From contig JBHGNT010000008.1 of the NCBI GenBank assembly GCA_043228905.1, positions 10,974,001 to 11,038,000 of the forward strand: 64,000 nucleotides of DNA, read 5' to 3'. Positions 25,073 to 38,289 of this stretch are shown one piece after another; position 1 is the first letter of the stretch, and each line of letters opens with the position of its first letter. Position numbers and translations under genes: made by a program. This DNA comes from Azolla caroliniana. Taxonomy: Eukaryota > Plantae > Polypodiophyta. Under the pieces are notes generated by a model. That model was not told where the DNA came from. It saw nothing but the letters and a program-made list of their open reading frames with translations, and ran no database searches.

Positions 25073-28000
25073 GTACACAGAATACAGAGAGTACTCGGGA
25101 GAGACAGAGAGAGCAGAACAAGAATCTATTACAAAACAATAATAGTTCTCTGTACATGAAACATGCTCAACAACACTATTTATACAAGTCTTGAGAGGAC
25201 TGACATAAGTACTGCGTACTTCAATGCTCACTCGAGCGTCTGGCACTGACTACGAGACTATTAACTCCCTAGTAGTCTAGCTGCTACTAGGCTTCTGGTT
25301 ACTGATGGATCCGGCTAACCGGCTCCCTAGCTCACCGGCTCACTTGCTCACCGGGTCATCGATCTAGCCGATCCGGATCCAGAAGGTTGAGCTAGATCGA
25401 TGACCCGGTGAGCAAGTGAGCCGACTAGCTTTTCGGTTATACCATGCCGGTATAACATTCCTCGTTCCTTCGTGCCGCTCACATACCGGAGTATCCGGTG
25501 TGCGCACTGAAGGTGCTCTACGGTTGGCTTCTGCATATATTGGCTGATCACGCCGACTAGATAGCTGATGTCGGGTCAGGTGATTGTCAAATATATAAGG
25601 CTTCTGACAATTTGTCGGAACCGTTTCTCATCGCAAGCCGGTCCGGAGTCGGGACGGAGCTTCTGGTTCTGGTCCAAGGGTGTGGAAATAGTGAAGGTCC
25701 CCCAGATCCTTCATCTTAAATGTGTCCGACAGCTGGGACTTGACTCAGCTGATTTCATCGAGTTCGGGTCCGGTGATGACCAGATCATCAACATACAACA
25801 AGATGCAAACTGGACCATCCAGACCTTGTTGGATGAACAACAAAGAGTCAGACTTGGAGGCTGCAAACCCCATCTTACGCAACTGGTGCATAATCTTGGC
25901 ATTCCAAGCTCGGGGGGCTTGCTTCAGGCCATAAAGTGACTTCTTCAACCGCCATACCGCCGACTTGTTCATTTCCATCTGGAAACCGGGAGGTTGGGTC
26001 ATAAAGACCTCTTCTTCAAGATCGCCTTGAAGAAATGCATTCTTCACGTCCATCTGATGAAAATGCCACCCCTTTGCCGCAACAACCGCCAACACCACAC
26101 GAACCGTTGTCATCTTCGCTACCGGAGCGAAGGTCTTGTTGTAATCGATTCCGTGGGTTTGCGTGTATCCCTTCGCCACTAACCGGGCCTTGTATCGGTT
26201 AACCGAACCGTCGGCATTGTACTTTACCTTGTACACCCACTTACATCCGATCGGTTTCCAGTGACAGGGAGGGTCAACTAGGTCCCATGTGTCGTTGGCA
26301 TCAAGTGCTCGCATTTCTTCCTCCATAGCGGCACGCCAATTTGCGTCCTTCGCCGCCTCTGCGTAGCTCTCCGGCTCACGCACTTCCGCCACCTTCGTCA
26401 TGTATGCATAGTGATGCGCCATGTACTCATTGTACCCGTACCGCTTAACAAGTTCCTTCTGGTGGGTTGACCGGCGTAACTCGAGTGAGCTTTGAAGTAC
26501 GCGGTACTTCTGTGTGAAAGATTATGTGCGGAAGCAATCGAAAAAAAGAACACGGAGAAAATACACAGGTTAATGGAGAGCTTGAATATACACAGTACAT
26601 GGAAGAGATAGAGAGAGAACACATAGAACTAAATTAAAAAATAATACTCAATTTGTACACACATCGTGCTCAGTGAGCACTTTTTATACAAGCCCTAACA
26701 ATCGGGCTGACACAAGTACTGATAGTACTTGACTGCTCATAAATGAGCCTCGACACTCACTCCCAAAATTATTCATTTACGAGGAATATGTCTCTAACGG
26801 CCTTTTGGTTTAAGCATCGATACGGCCTCTCGTTACGCACCGGTTTGCGTACGGGTTTACGCATCCGTTTTACACACCGGTTCGGCGTAACCAATCCATC
26901 CCAACTGATCCGGTCCTCGGCTTGCTCAGCTGATCCGGTCGATGTTGAGCTTGTCTCTCAACACTCCCCCTCAAGCTCAACTTGAGGCTCTTCGGGATCT
27001 TCCGGATCACCGCTCCGGTTCCTCTTGGCTCCACGCCTCGCTCGCCCTCCTCGGCCTGTTTGACTCCGCGCGCTTGGACCCTTCCGGTTGGCTTGTCTGC
27101 TCCCACGGCCCTTCAGAGCTACCTTGCTATCGCGGTGTTGGCGCTTCTCCTACTGCCTTCTTCTCTGCTTGGCCCTTGGTTTATTGAGTGTATCCAAATA
27201 AAACATCCGAACCGACTCGACTACCTCCGATCGGTTTTCGCTCTCGTCCGAGTTGGTTGTCTCCAACTCATCTTCGGTCTTCTCACCCTTGATGGCATCA
27301 TCTCCCCCATGCTTGGTTGGCTTCGGCTGCTCCCCTTATGTTCGCTTTTGGACTCTTCGCGGATCCGCGCTCGGCTTCTTCAGCCGATCCGAAGTCGAAT
27401 TCGTCATCCGACTCGGTGTCGCGGCCTCTTCCGCTCCCTTCCTACTCCCTTGCTCGGTCTTTCGAAACTGTTCTCCCCCTCAAGTTTGGCACGTCGAGGT
27501 GATGCAACCCAAGGGCACCCGAGAATTGCCGCAACTTGTCTAGACCAAGCGGCTTGGTGAAGATGTCGGCAGTTTGCCGATCCGTCGGAACATATTGAAG
27601 TTCGACTTCACCAGAAAGGACAAGCTCACGAACAAAATGGTAGTGTACCTCAATGTGCTTGGTCCGTGCGTGGAAAACGGGGTTCTTTGTGAGCTGGATG
27701 TTGTTGAGGTTGTCGCAGTAGATCGTCGTCGGATCGGACACCTCCTCTTGCAGGTCCTTAAGTAGCCGCTTGAACCATATGGCTTTGCATGTCGCGACAG
27801 CCGCTCCTCAGTACTCAGCTTCGGTGCTCGATAGTGGAACTGTCGGCTACTTCTTACTGCTCCACGCTATCGCGGCACTCCCAAGGGAGAACGCGTATCC
27901 AGATGTGGATGGGCGATCAACGACGTTGCCAGCCAAATCAGCATCGGTGTAGCCGACCAACTGCGAGGCTGTACCGGTCCGATATAGCAGTCCCCGGTCC

Positions 28001-29574
28001 TTAATGCCGCTTACGTATAGCAGTATGCATTGCGCACACTGAAGGTGCTCCTCGGTAGGTTGCGCCATGAACTGACTGATCACCCCGACTGGATAACTGA
28101 GATCGGGTCAAGTGATTGTCAAGTAGATAAGGCTTCCGACAATTTGTTGGAACCTCATCGGGTCGCATACCTTTCCGGAATTGGGGCGAAGCTTGACGGT
28201 TCTATCCAGAGGAGTCGAGACAGACTTACAGTCGGCCATCCCGAATTTGAAGAGCATACTCAGCACGTAATGGCGTTGGCTGATCAATATGCCTTCGGGG
28301 ATACGGATCACTTCGATCCCAAGGAAGTAATGAAGGTGCCCCAGATTCTTCATGTCGAACGATGCCGCAAGCTAGAGCTTCACGCGGTCGATTTCACCTA
28401 GGTCGGCGCCAGTGATGACCAAGTCATCAACATATAGTAAAATACTGACCGGACCAAGTCGACCTTTCCGGATGAATAGGGAAGAGTCCGATTTTGACGT
28501 TGCAAAGCCCATCCAATGTAGTTGCTGTGTGATCTTCACATTCCAGGCACGCGGGGCTTGCTTCAGTCCGTAAAGGGACTTCTTCAATCGGCACACTGTC
28601 GACATGTTCGTTCTTGAGTGAAATCTGGGGGGCTGTACCATGTACACCTGTTCCTCAAGCTCACTTGGCAGGAATGCATTCTTTACATCCATCTGATGTA
28701 AGTGCCACCCCTTTGCCGCAGCTACCGCGAGCAAGACACAGACGGTCGTCATCATCGCGACCGGCGCAAACATGTCATCGTAGTCGATGTTGTGTTTCTA
28801 CGCATAGCCTTTTGCCACTAACCGGGACTTGTATCGGTTGACCGAGCCGTCGGTGTTGTACTTGACCTTGTACACCCACCTACATTCGATTGGCTTCACA
28901 CCCTTCGGTGCGTCAACAAGGTCCCAGGCCTCGTTTTCTGCCAATGCGTGCATCTCTTCCTCCATCGCGGCGTGCCAATTCGCGTCCTTAGCCGCTTCTT
29001 CGTAGCTCTCCGGCTCACGCACTTCCGCTACACGGATCATGTACTCGTTGTATCCAAACCGCACAACTGGGTTCTTTTGGCGGGTAGATCGGCGTAATCG
29101 GTCATTAGCCGATATCGAGGTCTTCTCGGCCGACACTGACTTCGCTCTTGAAGACCCGTCACCACTTCCCTCGGTGTTGGACTCGCGTCGGTCTGACTCG
29201 TTCTTATCCATGCCGGAATCCGACACCTTCTTCTTCGCTTTCTTTTTGCGCGTCAACCGTCTCCTCGGCTTCCTGCGCGGGGAATGCATGGCCGAGTCTC
29301 CACTACTCGCCGGCTTTTCATCGGACTGGTCGAACCGACTCAGTCGTCCATCCGGTCTGCTTAACCGAAACGAAATCGGACTCTCTTCGGGGGTCCCGAT
29401 TTCAGGCTCATCTGGAGGCTCCTCAGCCTCACTGACCTCATCTACAGAACTCGGATTGGAGGTGAGGTCCGGAGTCGGAGGCAAGTGACATGTGTACAAC
29501 AGGGTCATGGGTTCAAATCCTTTCGAGTCATAATGTGAGTGTCATGATCCTTTCGATGCATAATGTGACTGTTA

Positions 29575-32500
29575 TCATGACACTATCCCCCTTCTTCGAC
29601 GACACGTCTCACGGGTCGTAGGGTTTGTATTAGGACCTGGTTTACAAGGATATTGGCGATGAAATGCATTGACGAGTTCTGCAGCATTGGAAAGATTTGT
29701 GGCAGGTTCCCAAGTTCGATCATTGGGGGTATAGCCTAGCCAATCGACCAAGTAATACAACTTGTTGCGCACGATTTTAGAATCGAGAACGGCAGCAACT
29801 TCAAATTCAGGCCCGTCCAAGAACTCGACAGGTGGTGGGGGTGTCGTAAGACGACCCGGAATTGAACTTGTAGTATAAGGTTCCAAAAGGGATACATGAA
29901 ACACCGGATGAAGATGCATGTGCGGAGGGAGGTCAAGACGAAATGCAACATCACTTATCTTACCAGTGATCATGTAAGGGCCAAAACGTTGGTAATCCAA
30001 TTTACTGCAAGGTCGAGTGGTCTTGATGTTGTGTTGGAGAAGCCATACATGATCCCCAATGCGGAACTTTTTTGAGGAGTCTAGACGATGACGATCGGCA
30101 AGCCTCTTGTGTGTAAATTGAGCATCGTGCAAATTGTGGAGAATGTTAGCTTGAATTTCTTGGAGGCGACTAAGACGATCCTCGGCAGCAGGGTTGGTAG
30201 GAACTTCTGGATGCGCATTCATCGTCCATCGAGGATGACAGCCCGTATTTGCGAAAAATGGGGAATATCCTGTAGAAGAATGGGCTGAGTTGTTGTAAGC
30301 GAATTCCGCCAAGTGCAAAAATGCAACCCAATCATCTTGTTGATAGTTGATGAAACAACGAAGATATTGTTCCAATGTCTGGTTGGTACGCTCTGTTTGG
30401 CCATTTGTTTCAGGATGATAGCCCGAAGAAAGCTTAACTGAAATGTGGAGAAGTTTGAACAGGTGCTTCCAAAACTTTGAGATGAATTGTGGACCACGAT
30501 CACTAATAATATCATCTGGCAGACCATGATGCTTAAATACCTCCCGCATAACGAGATCAGCCGTCTCTTGACTAGTAATCGACTTTGTACATGGCAAGAA
30601 ATGTGCCATTTTGGTAAATCGATCAACCACTGTGAGAATTGCATCAAAACCTTTTGAAACTGGGAGATCAGTAATGAAGTCCAAGGATATAGACTTCCAA
30701 GGTGTTTCCGGAATGGGAAGTGGTTGTAGTAAGCCATAGGGTCGGTGACGAGGATTCTTTGATCGACAACATATATCACAACTCCGAACATACTCCTCAA
30801 CAAAATGACGAAGGCGAGGCCACCAATAGCGGCGAGAAATTAATTCTAGAGTCTTGTGAACTCCAAAATGACCAGCCATTGGTGAGTCATGGCAATGTTG
30901 CAAAACTTGTAGCCGTCGGGGACCATCAGGAACATACAATAAATTTTGTCGAAATAGAAAACCATCATGCCAATAGAACTGACAATAGTCATTACGAGGA
31001 TTTTTCGACTGTGAGCAAGAAGCACGATCCGGGACGATATGATCCAAAACATCCTTGGCGAAATCATCAGTGGCCATATGATCTCGAATGGAATCAAGAA
31101 GAGTGGAATTTTCAAGAGCTGTTATGGCGTTAACTACCATTAATCGTAATCGATTAGGACCCAAAAGGATTTGTTTTTGATGCTCAAAAGCAGGTTCCCC
31201 TGGACGAAGTTCCATATAAGAGCGCCGAGAAAGAGCATCTGCTTTGCCTTGCTGCATCCCAGGGCGATATATGATGATAAAGTCGAAGTGAGTCAAAAAT
31301 TGCGCCCACCGGGCTTGTCGCCGACTCAAGACTCGAGCATTTTGGAAATAAGTCAGGTTCTTATGATCATTGTAGACAATGATCTGCTGAGAAGAACCTT
31401 CTAGGAAATGTCGCCATTGTTGAAATGAATCCACGATTGCAAGAAGCTCTTTGTCATGGATCTCGTAGTTGATCTCTGCAGCTTCAAACTTTTGTGAATG
31501 AAAGGCGACAGGGTGTAGTTGTCCATCATCTCCAGTCTGCGAGAGGACACTCCCTAGTGCAAAATCGGATGCATCGGCTTCGAGGATGAAGCGTTTTGTT
31601 GGGTCGACATGTGCTAAGATAGGTGCCGTTGTAAATGCTCGTTTTAAGCTTTCGAATGCCTCGGATGCATCTGAACTCCATATAAATGGTTGATCTTTAT
31701 GTGTGAGCTGAGTAAGCGGAAGCACAACCTTGGAATAATCTTTAATAAATTTTCGATAAAAATTTGCAAACCCGAGAAAACATTGCACATCACGCACTGA
31801 AAGGGGCGTTTGCCACTCTAAAACATAGTACGTAAAATTCGTGTTCGTCTAGTATAACATTCGTTTTCCTACGTTGGAAAACGAATGCGAATGGTATCCA
31901 AACATTCTTGTGTTTTTTTTTTTTGTTTTTTTCCCATTATTTTAATGTTTTTTTTTTCATATTTAGGCTTATCTACCTCATAATAAATAGTTAATCGAAA
32001 AGTATGGTATTTATCATTCTTTGAGGGTGTTTTCCTTTCGCGGATGATTGAACCATTCGCGAATGCGAATGCACGTATGGTACGTATGGTTCATACTATG
32101 CTCTAAAATTGCCTGTACCTTCATGGGGTCCATAGCAATACCATTTGACGATACAACATACCCCAAAAATTCCACTTGATTCTGGCCGAAACTACACTTT
32201 TCTAATTTTGCGTAGAGACCATATTCTTGGAGTCGGCATAAAACTTGACGAACATGTGCATCATGCTCCTCTTGGGTCTTTGAGTAGATTAAAATATCAT
32301 CTAGGTAAACTATAGTGAAGATATCAAGAAGATCTCGAAAAATATCGTTCGCCATATGTTGGAAAACAGCAGGTGCATTCGTGAGACCAAATGGCATCAC
32401 TGTATACTCAAAATGTCCATAGCGAGTGCGGAAAGCTGTCTTCCATTCATCCCCCGGGCGAATCCGAACTAGATTATATGCTCCGCGAAGGTCCAACTTC

Positions 32501-33411
32501 GTGAAATATTTTGCACCACTGAGACGTTCCAAAAGATTCGGGATTAATGGTAGAGCATATCTATTTCGGATAGTCACTTTGTTTAGCCCTCGATAATCCA
32601 CGACCAACCGAAGAGTCCCATTCTTCTTCTTAACGAAGAAGATAGGTGCACCAGCAGGGGATCTAGAATGCCGAATGAATCCGTTTGCCAGATTCTCATC
32701 AATATATTCCCGCAAAGTCTCTAGCTCTACAGGGGAGAGATTATAAATTGGGCCCCATGGAGGTTCTTTCCCTGGTTGTAAGTCAATAGGGCAGTCGTAT
32801 GGCCGATGCTCCGGCAATGTATTGGCCTTCACCTTATCAAAGACATCTGAAAACTCCTTGTATTTCTCTGGTAGTTTAATATCCGCGTCACGTGAAGTGG
32901 ATGATGGAGTTGCTACTATTGCGAAGATGAACATGGCCTCGTTCCCCCCTTCCTCCCGCAACTGTCGTAAAGAGATGGGCGATAACTCCGGGGATCTATT
33001 ACCACATGTAGGAGAGAGGGATGCGGGATTTGTGCTTTTTTCCCGAGTCTCCTCAATTGTTCTTTTCATCCAATCAATCTTCGGGTTATGGAGTTCAAAC
33101 CAGGGGAGACCTAGAACTATTGGGTGGTCCGGACTACGAATAATATTGAAAGAGATTATGCTTGCCAAATTGCCAAGAACTATCCTAATTGGCTCGGACT
33201 CCTCGACTATATCTCCTGATGCTATGGGACGTCCATCGATGACTCCTACGGCTACTGGGTTGGGAAGCTTATTCAAGAGGATGTTTTGTGACAAGGCAAA
33301 TTCACGATCCATGAAACAAGAGTTGGCTCCAGAATCTAGAAGGGCAGAGGCTAGGACTCGATGACATGTAGATGTGGTAAGCTCGACTTGTGCTGAAAAA
33401 ACTCGACTCAC
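29575..33411 (-). pseudogene. pol of element C (PR-RT-RNaseH-INT-chromodomain), interrupted only by a MITE
   Basis: ORFs 32014-33411 (LLDSGA, YLDD) and 29575-31797 join in frame after MITE removal (VQAILE|WQTPLSVRDV). Confidence 0.9.
31824..32100. mobile_element. 277-bp hAT-type MITE; 8-bp TSD CTCTAAAA
   Basis: TSD at 31816-23 and 32101-08. Terminal inverted repeats CATAGTA/TACTATG. AT-rich non-coding interior with subterminal CGAATGCGAAT motifs. Confidence 0.88.
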
Positions 33412-34559
33412 TTGATTTGATGAAATGGAACCACGACTAGGAACTAACTCTACATAGCTAGGATGGTCCAGCCAAATGGCTCCTATTTTGGCCGGACTTA
33501 CTCGTTTAACACATCCTCTAATTGACTCAAGACATCGAATCTATTCTCATGACATGGACTATGAGGGTTATGTATGTTATTAGAAGTAACAATAGAACTC
33601 GATGTAGGGTTTTCATGGGCACTTACTTGGTATACTTGACGCCTAGGTTTATGTGGACAATTTACAACTATATGTCCTGGACCACCACAATACAGGCAGA
33701 GGCGATGCGCTCGACGTCGTTGCTTCTCAGCATCTGATAACGGCCCACGACGTTGTGTTGACTCTATTTCCATCGGAGTTGGGCCATCCCTTGTAATGGG
33801 TCTAGAAACTTGTGGAGGCGTTGCGACTACGGAAGCGTAAGTCTGTTCAGGTTGGCGGCGTAACATTTGTTGGCGCTCAGAACGTCGCTCAAATAGGCGA
33901 TTATCACATCGCACAGCTGTCGTGACTCTTGAGTAGGAAGCAGAGAGAGAGAGCGATGGCGATAGAGATAACGATAACGATAGAGATGGCGAGAGCGGTA
34001 GAGATAGCGATAGTGATAGCAAGAGAGAGAGAAAGAGGGAGAGAGTGCGAGAGAGAGAAAAGTATACGTGAGAGATAAGAAATGGGAATGAGATTATATT
34101 ATGAGGAAGAAGATTACAAGGAGTGTCGTGACTCTTGAGTAGGAAGCAGAGAGAGAGCGATGGCGATAGAGATAACGATAACGATAGAGATGGCGAGAGC
34201 GGTAGAGATAGCGATAGTGATAGCAAGAGAGAGAGAAAGAGGGAGAGAGTGCGAGAGAGAGAAAAGTATACGTGAGAGATAAGAAATGGGAATGAGATTA
34301 TATTATGAGGAAGAAGATTACAAGGAGTAGGCTAAGGGCTAAAGACTGGTGTTGAACCGAATGAGTTGTGATGAGTGTATGGACTCTTATTTATAGGCCC
34401 TTACGGAGTATTCTAGAATGTTCTAGAATATTTTAGATATTTATGAATAATAATAATAATAAATATAATCATGAAATATTCAAGAACATTCTAGAATAAT
34501 CTAGAATGTTCTAAATATCTCGTAATAACTAAACATATAATTATTATGATTACATCTCA

Positions 34560-34630
34560 CATATGTTATTACAATGGTTAAAGTACAATATGTAAACCAA
34601 GAGGTTATGGGTTCGATTCCTGGTTCGCCA
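34560..34630 (+). promoter_or_regulatory. tRNA-like Pol III A/B-box cassette in D LTR (copy 39551-39621); homologous cassette in C LTR 40811-40882
   Basis: TATTACAATGGTTA...GAGGTTATGGGTTCGATTCCTGGTTCGCCA; in C: TAATACAATGGTTA...GGGTCGTGGGTTCAAAT(T/C)C. Spacing 43-44 nt. Confidence 0.65.
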
Positions 34631-34664
34631 AGATGAATGTCATGATAAGCCAAGATGTATGTCT

Positions 34665-37600
34665 TCATGACATTATCCCCCCTTTTCGATGACGAGTTGC
34701 ACGAGTCGGAAGAAAAGAGTTCAGACTTGGTTTATGAGGATATTGGTTGTGAAATGCAACAACCATGTCGGAGGCATTGGCAAGATGTTCGGCAGGCTCC
34801 CATGTTCGATCATTAGGTGTATAGCCTAACCAATCAACCAAGTAGTATAGTTTGTTGCGAATGATCTTGGAGTCGAGGATAGCGGCAACCTCATATTCAG
34901 AGCCATTGGAAACGTCAATTGGAGGTGGGGGAGGTGTAACACGACCCGGAATAGAGCTCGTTGTGTAGGGCTCCAAAAGTGAAACATGGAAGACCGGGTG
35001 AAGACGCATATGAGGAGGAAGATCAAGACGAAATGTCACATCATTGATCTTACCACTTATGACATATGGGCCAAAACGTTGATAATCCAATTTGTAGCAA
35101 GGTCGGGTCGTTTTAATGCTACCTTGTAAGAGCCATACACGATCGCCTACTTGAAATGTAGTCGATGAATCACGCCGATGACGGTCAGCAATCTTCTTTT
35201 GAGTGTTTTGGGCTTCACATAAATGATGCAAAAGCATATCCTGAACTTCTTGGAGTCGAGTGAGCCGATCTTCAGCAGCTGGGTTTTTTGGGAGTTCAGG
35301 ATGTTCAAGCATCGTCCAACGAGGATGGTACCCAATGTTTGCAAAAAATGGGGAATATCCAGTAGAAGAATGCTCGGAGTTGTTATAAGCAAATTCTGCC
35401 AAAGGTAGTAAATCCACCCAATCATCTTGTTGATAGTTGACAAAACAACGTAGATATTGCTCGACTGTTTGGTTGGTGCGCTCACTCTGCCCATTAGTCT
35501 CTGGATGGTAGCCGGAAGAGAGTTTACAAGAAGTATGTAAGAGTTTGAACATGTGCCGCCAAAATTTCGAGATGAATTGGGGACCCCGATCACTGATAAT
35601 ATCATCTGGAAGACCATGATGGCGAAACACCTCCCGCATGAGTAAATCAGCTGTCTCTTGACTAGTAATGGTCTTTGTGCATGGAAGGAAATGTGCCATC
35701 TTCGTAAAACGATCGACAACCGTGAGAATCGAATCAAATCCCTTGGAAGGTGGAAGATCCGTAATAAAGTCCAAGGAAATAGATTTCCATGGGCTCTCCG
35801 GAATAGGCATTGGCTGTAATAAGCCATATGGATGATGTCGAGGCTTTTTTGATCGGCAACATGTATCACAGCTACGAACATAATCCGTAACAAAATGGCG
35901 AAGCCGTGGCCACCAATATCGGCGAGAAATCAACTCAAAAGTCTTGTGGATGCCGAAGTGTCCCGCCATTGGTGTGTCATGACATTGTTGCATGACTTTG
36001 AGTCGAGAAGGACCGTCAGGCACATACAAGAGAGTTTGTCGAAAAAGTAACCCATCATGCCAACTAAACTGGGTGTAGTCTAGACGAGGATTTTGAGTTT
36101 GGGAGCTAGATGCACGATTTGGGATAATATGGCTCAAAACCTCTTGGGCGAACACATCAGTCGCAATCTGCTCACGAATGGAATCAAGAAGCCTTGAATC
36201 TCCCGGTGTGTTGATGGTATGCATTGCCATTATTCGTAGACGATCAGGACCTAAGAGGATTTGCTTTTGGCTTTCAAATGCGGCCTCTCCAGGTTGAAGT
36301 TCCATATACGAACGTCTAGATAAAGCATCTGCTTTTCCTTGTTGCATCCCAGGGCGATATAGAATTACAAAATCGAAACGAGTTAAGAACTGCGCCCAAC
36401 GAGCTTGTCGTCGATTCAAGACTCGAGCACTTTGAAAGTATGTTAGATTTTTATGATCATTGTAGACAATAATCTGCTGAGAAGAACCCTCCAGAAAATG
36501 ACGCCATTGTTGAAAAGAATCCACAATGGCAAGAAGCTCTTTGTCGTGAATCTCATAGTTGATTTCTGCGGCTTCAAATTTTCGTGAGTGAAAAGCCACC
36601 GGGTGCAGTTCACCATCATCACCAATTTGGGATAGTACACTTCCGAGTGCGAAATCCGATGCATCAGCTTCAAGTATAAAGCGCCTCATTGGATCGACAT
36701 GGATTAAGATTGGTGCGGATGTAAATGCTTGCTTTAAACCCTCAAATGCAGAGTTCGCATCTATACTCCATATAAATGGTCGATTCTTGTGCGTCAGTTG
36801 AGTGAGGGGCAACACAATTTTTGAATAATCTTTGATGAACTTGCGATAAAAGTTTGCGAACCCCAAAAAACATTGCACATCTCGCACGGACTGTGGTGTT
36901 TGCCAATCCAAAATTGCTTGAACCTTTGATGGATCCATAGAGATGCCATTTGAAGAGACTATGTACCCCAAAAACTCCACTTGACATTGGTCGAAACTAC
37001 ACTTCTCCAATTTTGCATAGAGACCATACTCTCGTAGCCGTTGCAAAACTTGGCGAACATGTATATCATGTTCTTCTTGAGTTTTTGAGTAGATCAAGAT
37101 ATCATCCAGGTAAACAATGATGAAGATATCGAGGAAGTCTCGAAAAATATCATTCGCCATATGTTGGAAGACTGCTGGTGCATTCGTGAGGCCAAAAGGC
37201 ATCACTGTGTACTCAAAATGACCATAGCGAGTGCGGAACGCCGTCTTCCATTCATCCCCAGGACGAATTCGAACAAGGTTGTAGGCACCTCGAAGATCTA
37301 ACTTCGTGAAATACTTTGCTTCACTGAGGCGTTCTAGAAGGCTTGAGATCAATGGGAGAGCATATCGGTTTCTAACGGTCACTTTATTCAAGCCTCGATA
37401 ATCCACGACCATACGAAGCGTACCATCTTTCTTCTTAACGAAAAAGATGGGTGCACCAGCAGGAGATTTTGAATGTTGGATAAAACCATTTGCCAAGTTC
37501 TCATTGATATATTCTCGAAGAACCTCTAACTCCGTGGGCGAAAGATTATAAATTGGTCCCCATGGAGGCTCTTTTCCTGGCTGCAAATCAATTGGGCAAT

Positions 37601-38263
37601 CATATGGTCGATGCTCTGGTAGTCTATTAGCCTTCACCTTATCGAACACATCGGAGAATTCTATGTACTTCTTTGGTAGTTGGACCCCCAATTCTTGTGA
37701 GCTAGATGAGGGAGTTGCTAAAACCGCAAATACCATCATGTCTTCCTTTCTTCCATCCTCTCGTAATTGATGTATAGAGATTGTTGAAATTGTGGGGGAT
37801 CCTAGATCCTTAGTTGGAGCTTCAAGAGACTTGGATTGTACGGTGACCTCTTCAATAGTTCTTTTTCTCCAATCAATGGTTGGGTTATGTAACTCGGAAG
37901 ACCAAGAACTAGAGAGTGCTCCGGACTACTAATGATGTTAAATGAGATGACACTAGCCAAATTACCTAGGACTACACGAATTGGTTCAGACTCTTCGACT
38001 ATATCCCCTGATGCTATAGGGCGACCATCGATGACTCCTACAGCTACTGGGTTTGGGAGTTTTTTCAAGATGATGTTTTGAGTCAATGCAAACTCGCGAT
38101 CCATGAAACAAGAATTGGCTCCGGAATCTAGGAGGGCAGAGGCTAGGGCGCGATGACCTGTAGATGTGCTAAGCTCGACTTGTGCAGAAAAAACTCTACT
38201 AACTTGATTTGATGAAATGGAACCACAACTAGGTACTGACTCTACATAACTAGGATGGTCCAA
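34665..38263 (-). pseudogene. pol of element D (protease ORF 37802-38263 plus 1024-aa RT-RNaseH-INT-chromodomain ORF), one small frameshifting deletion near 37895
   Basis: LLDSGANSCF, YLDDILIYS, HHCC motif, SDRGPQF, chromodomain. LGLPWFELHNP is disrupted relative to C. Confidence 0.9.
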
Positions 38264-38289
38264 CCAAATGGCTCCTATTTTGGCCGGAC

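Noticed and set aside
26982-27560. 192-aa hydrophobic antisense ORF as an env-like gene
   Set aside because: Antisense to the element, non-ATG start, no recognisable motif; composition follows from the purine-rich opposite strand.
33918-34226. N-terminal LSLSLS part of ORF 33498-34226 and similar ERERER ORFs
   Set aside because: Read-through of GA-rich LTR or microsatellite sequence; only the 3' part is genuine C gag.
34560-34630. Functional tRNA genes in LTRs
   Set aside because: Acceptor and anticodon stems do not pair; only the A/B boxes and T-arm remain, so they are reported as tRNA-like cassettes.
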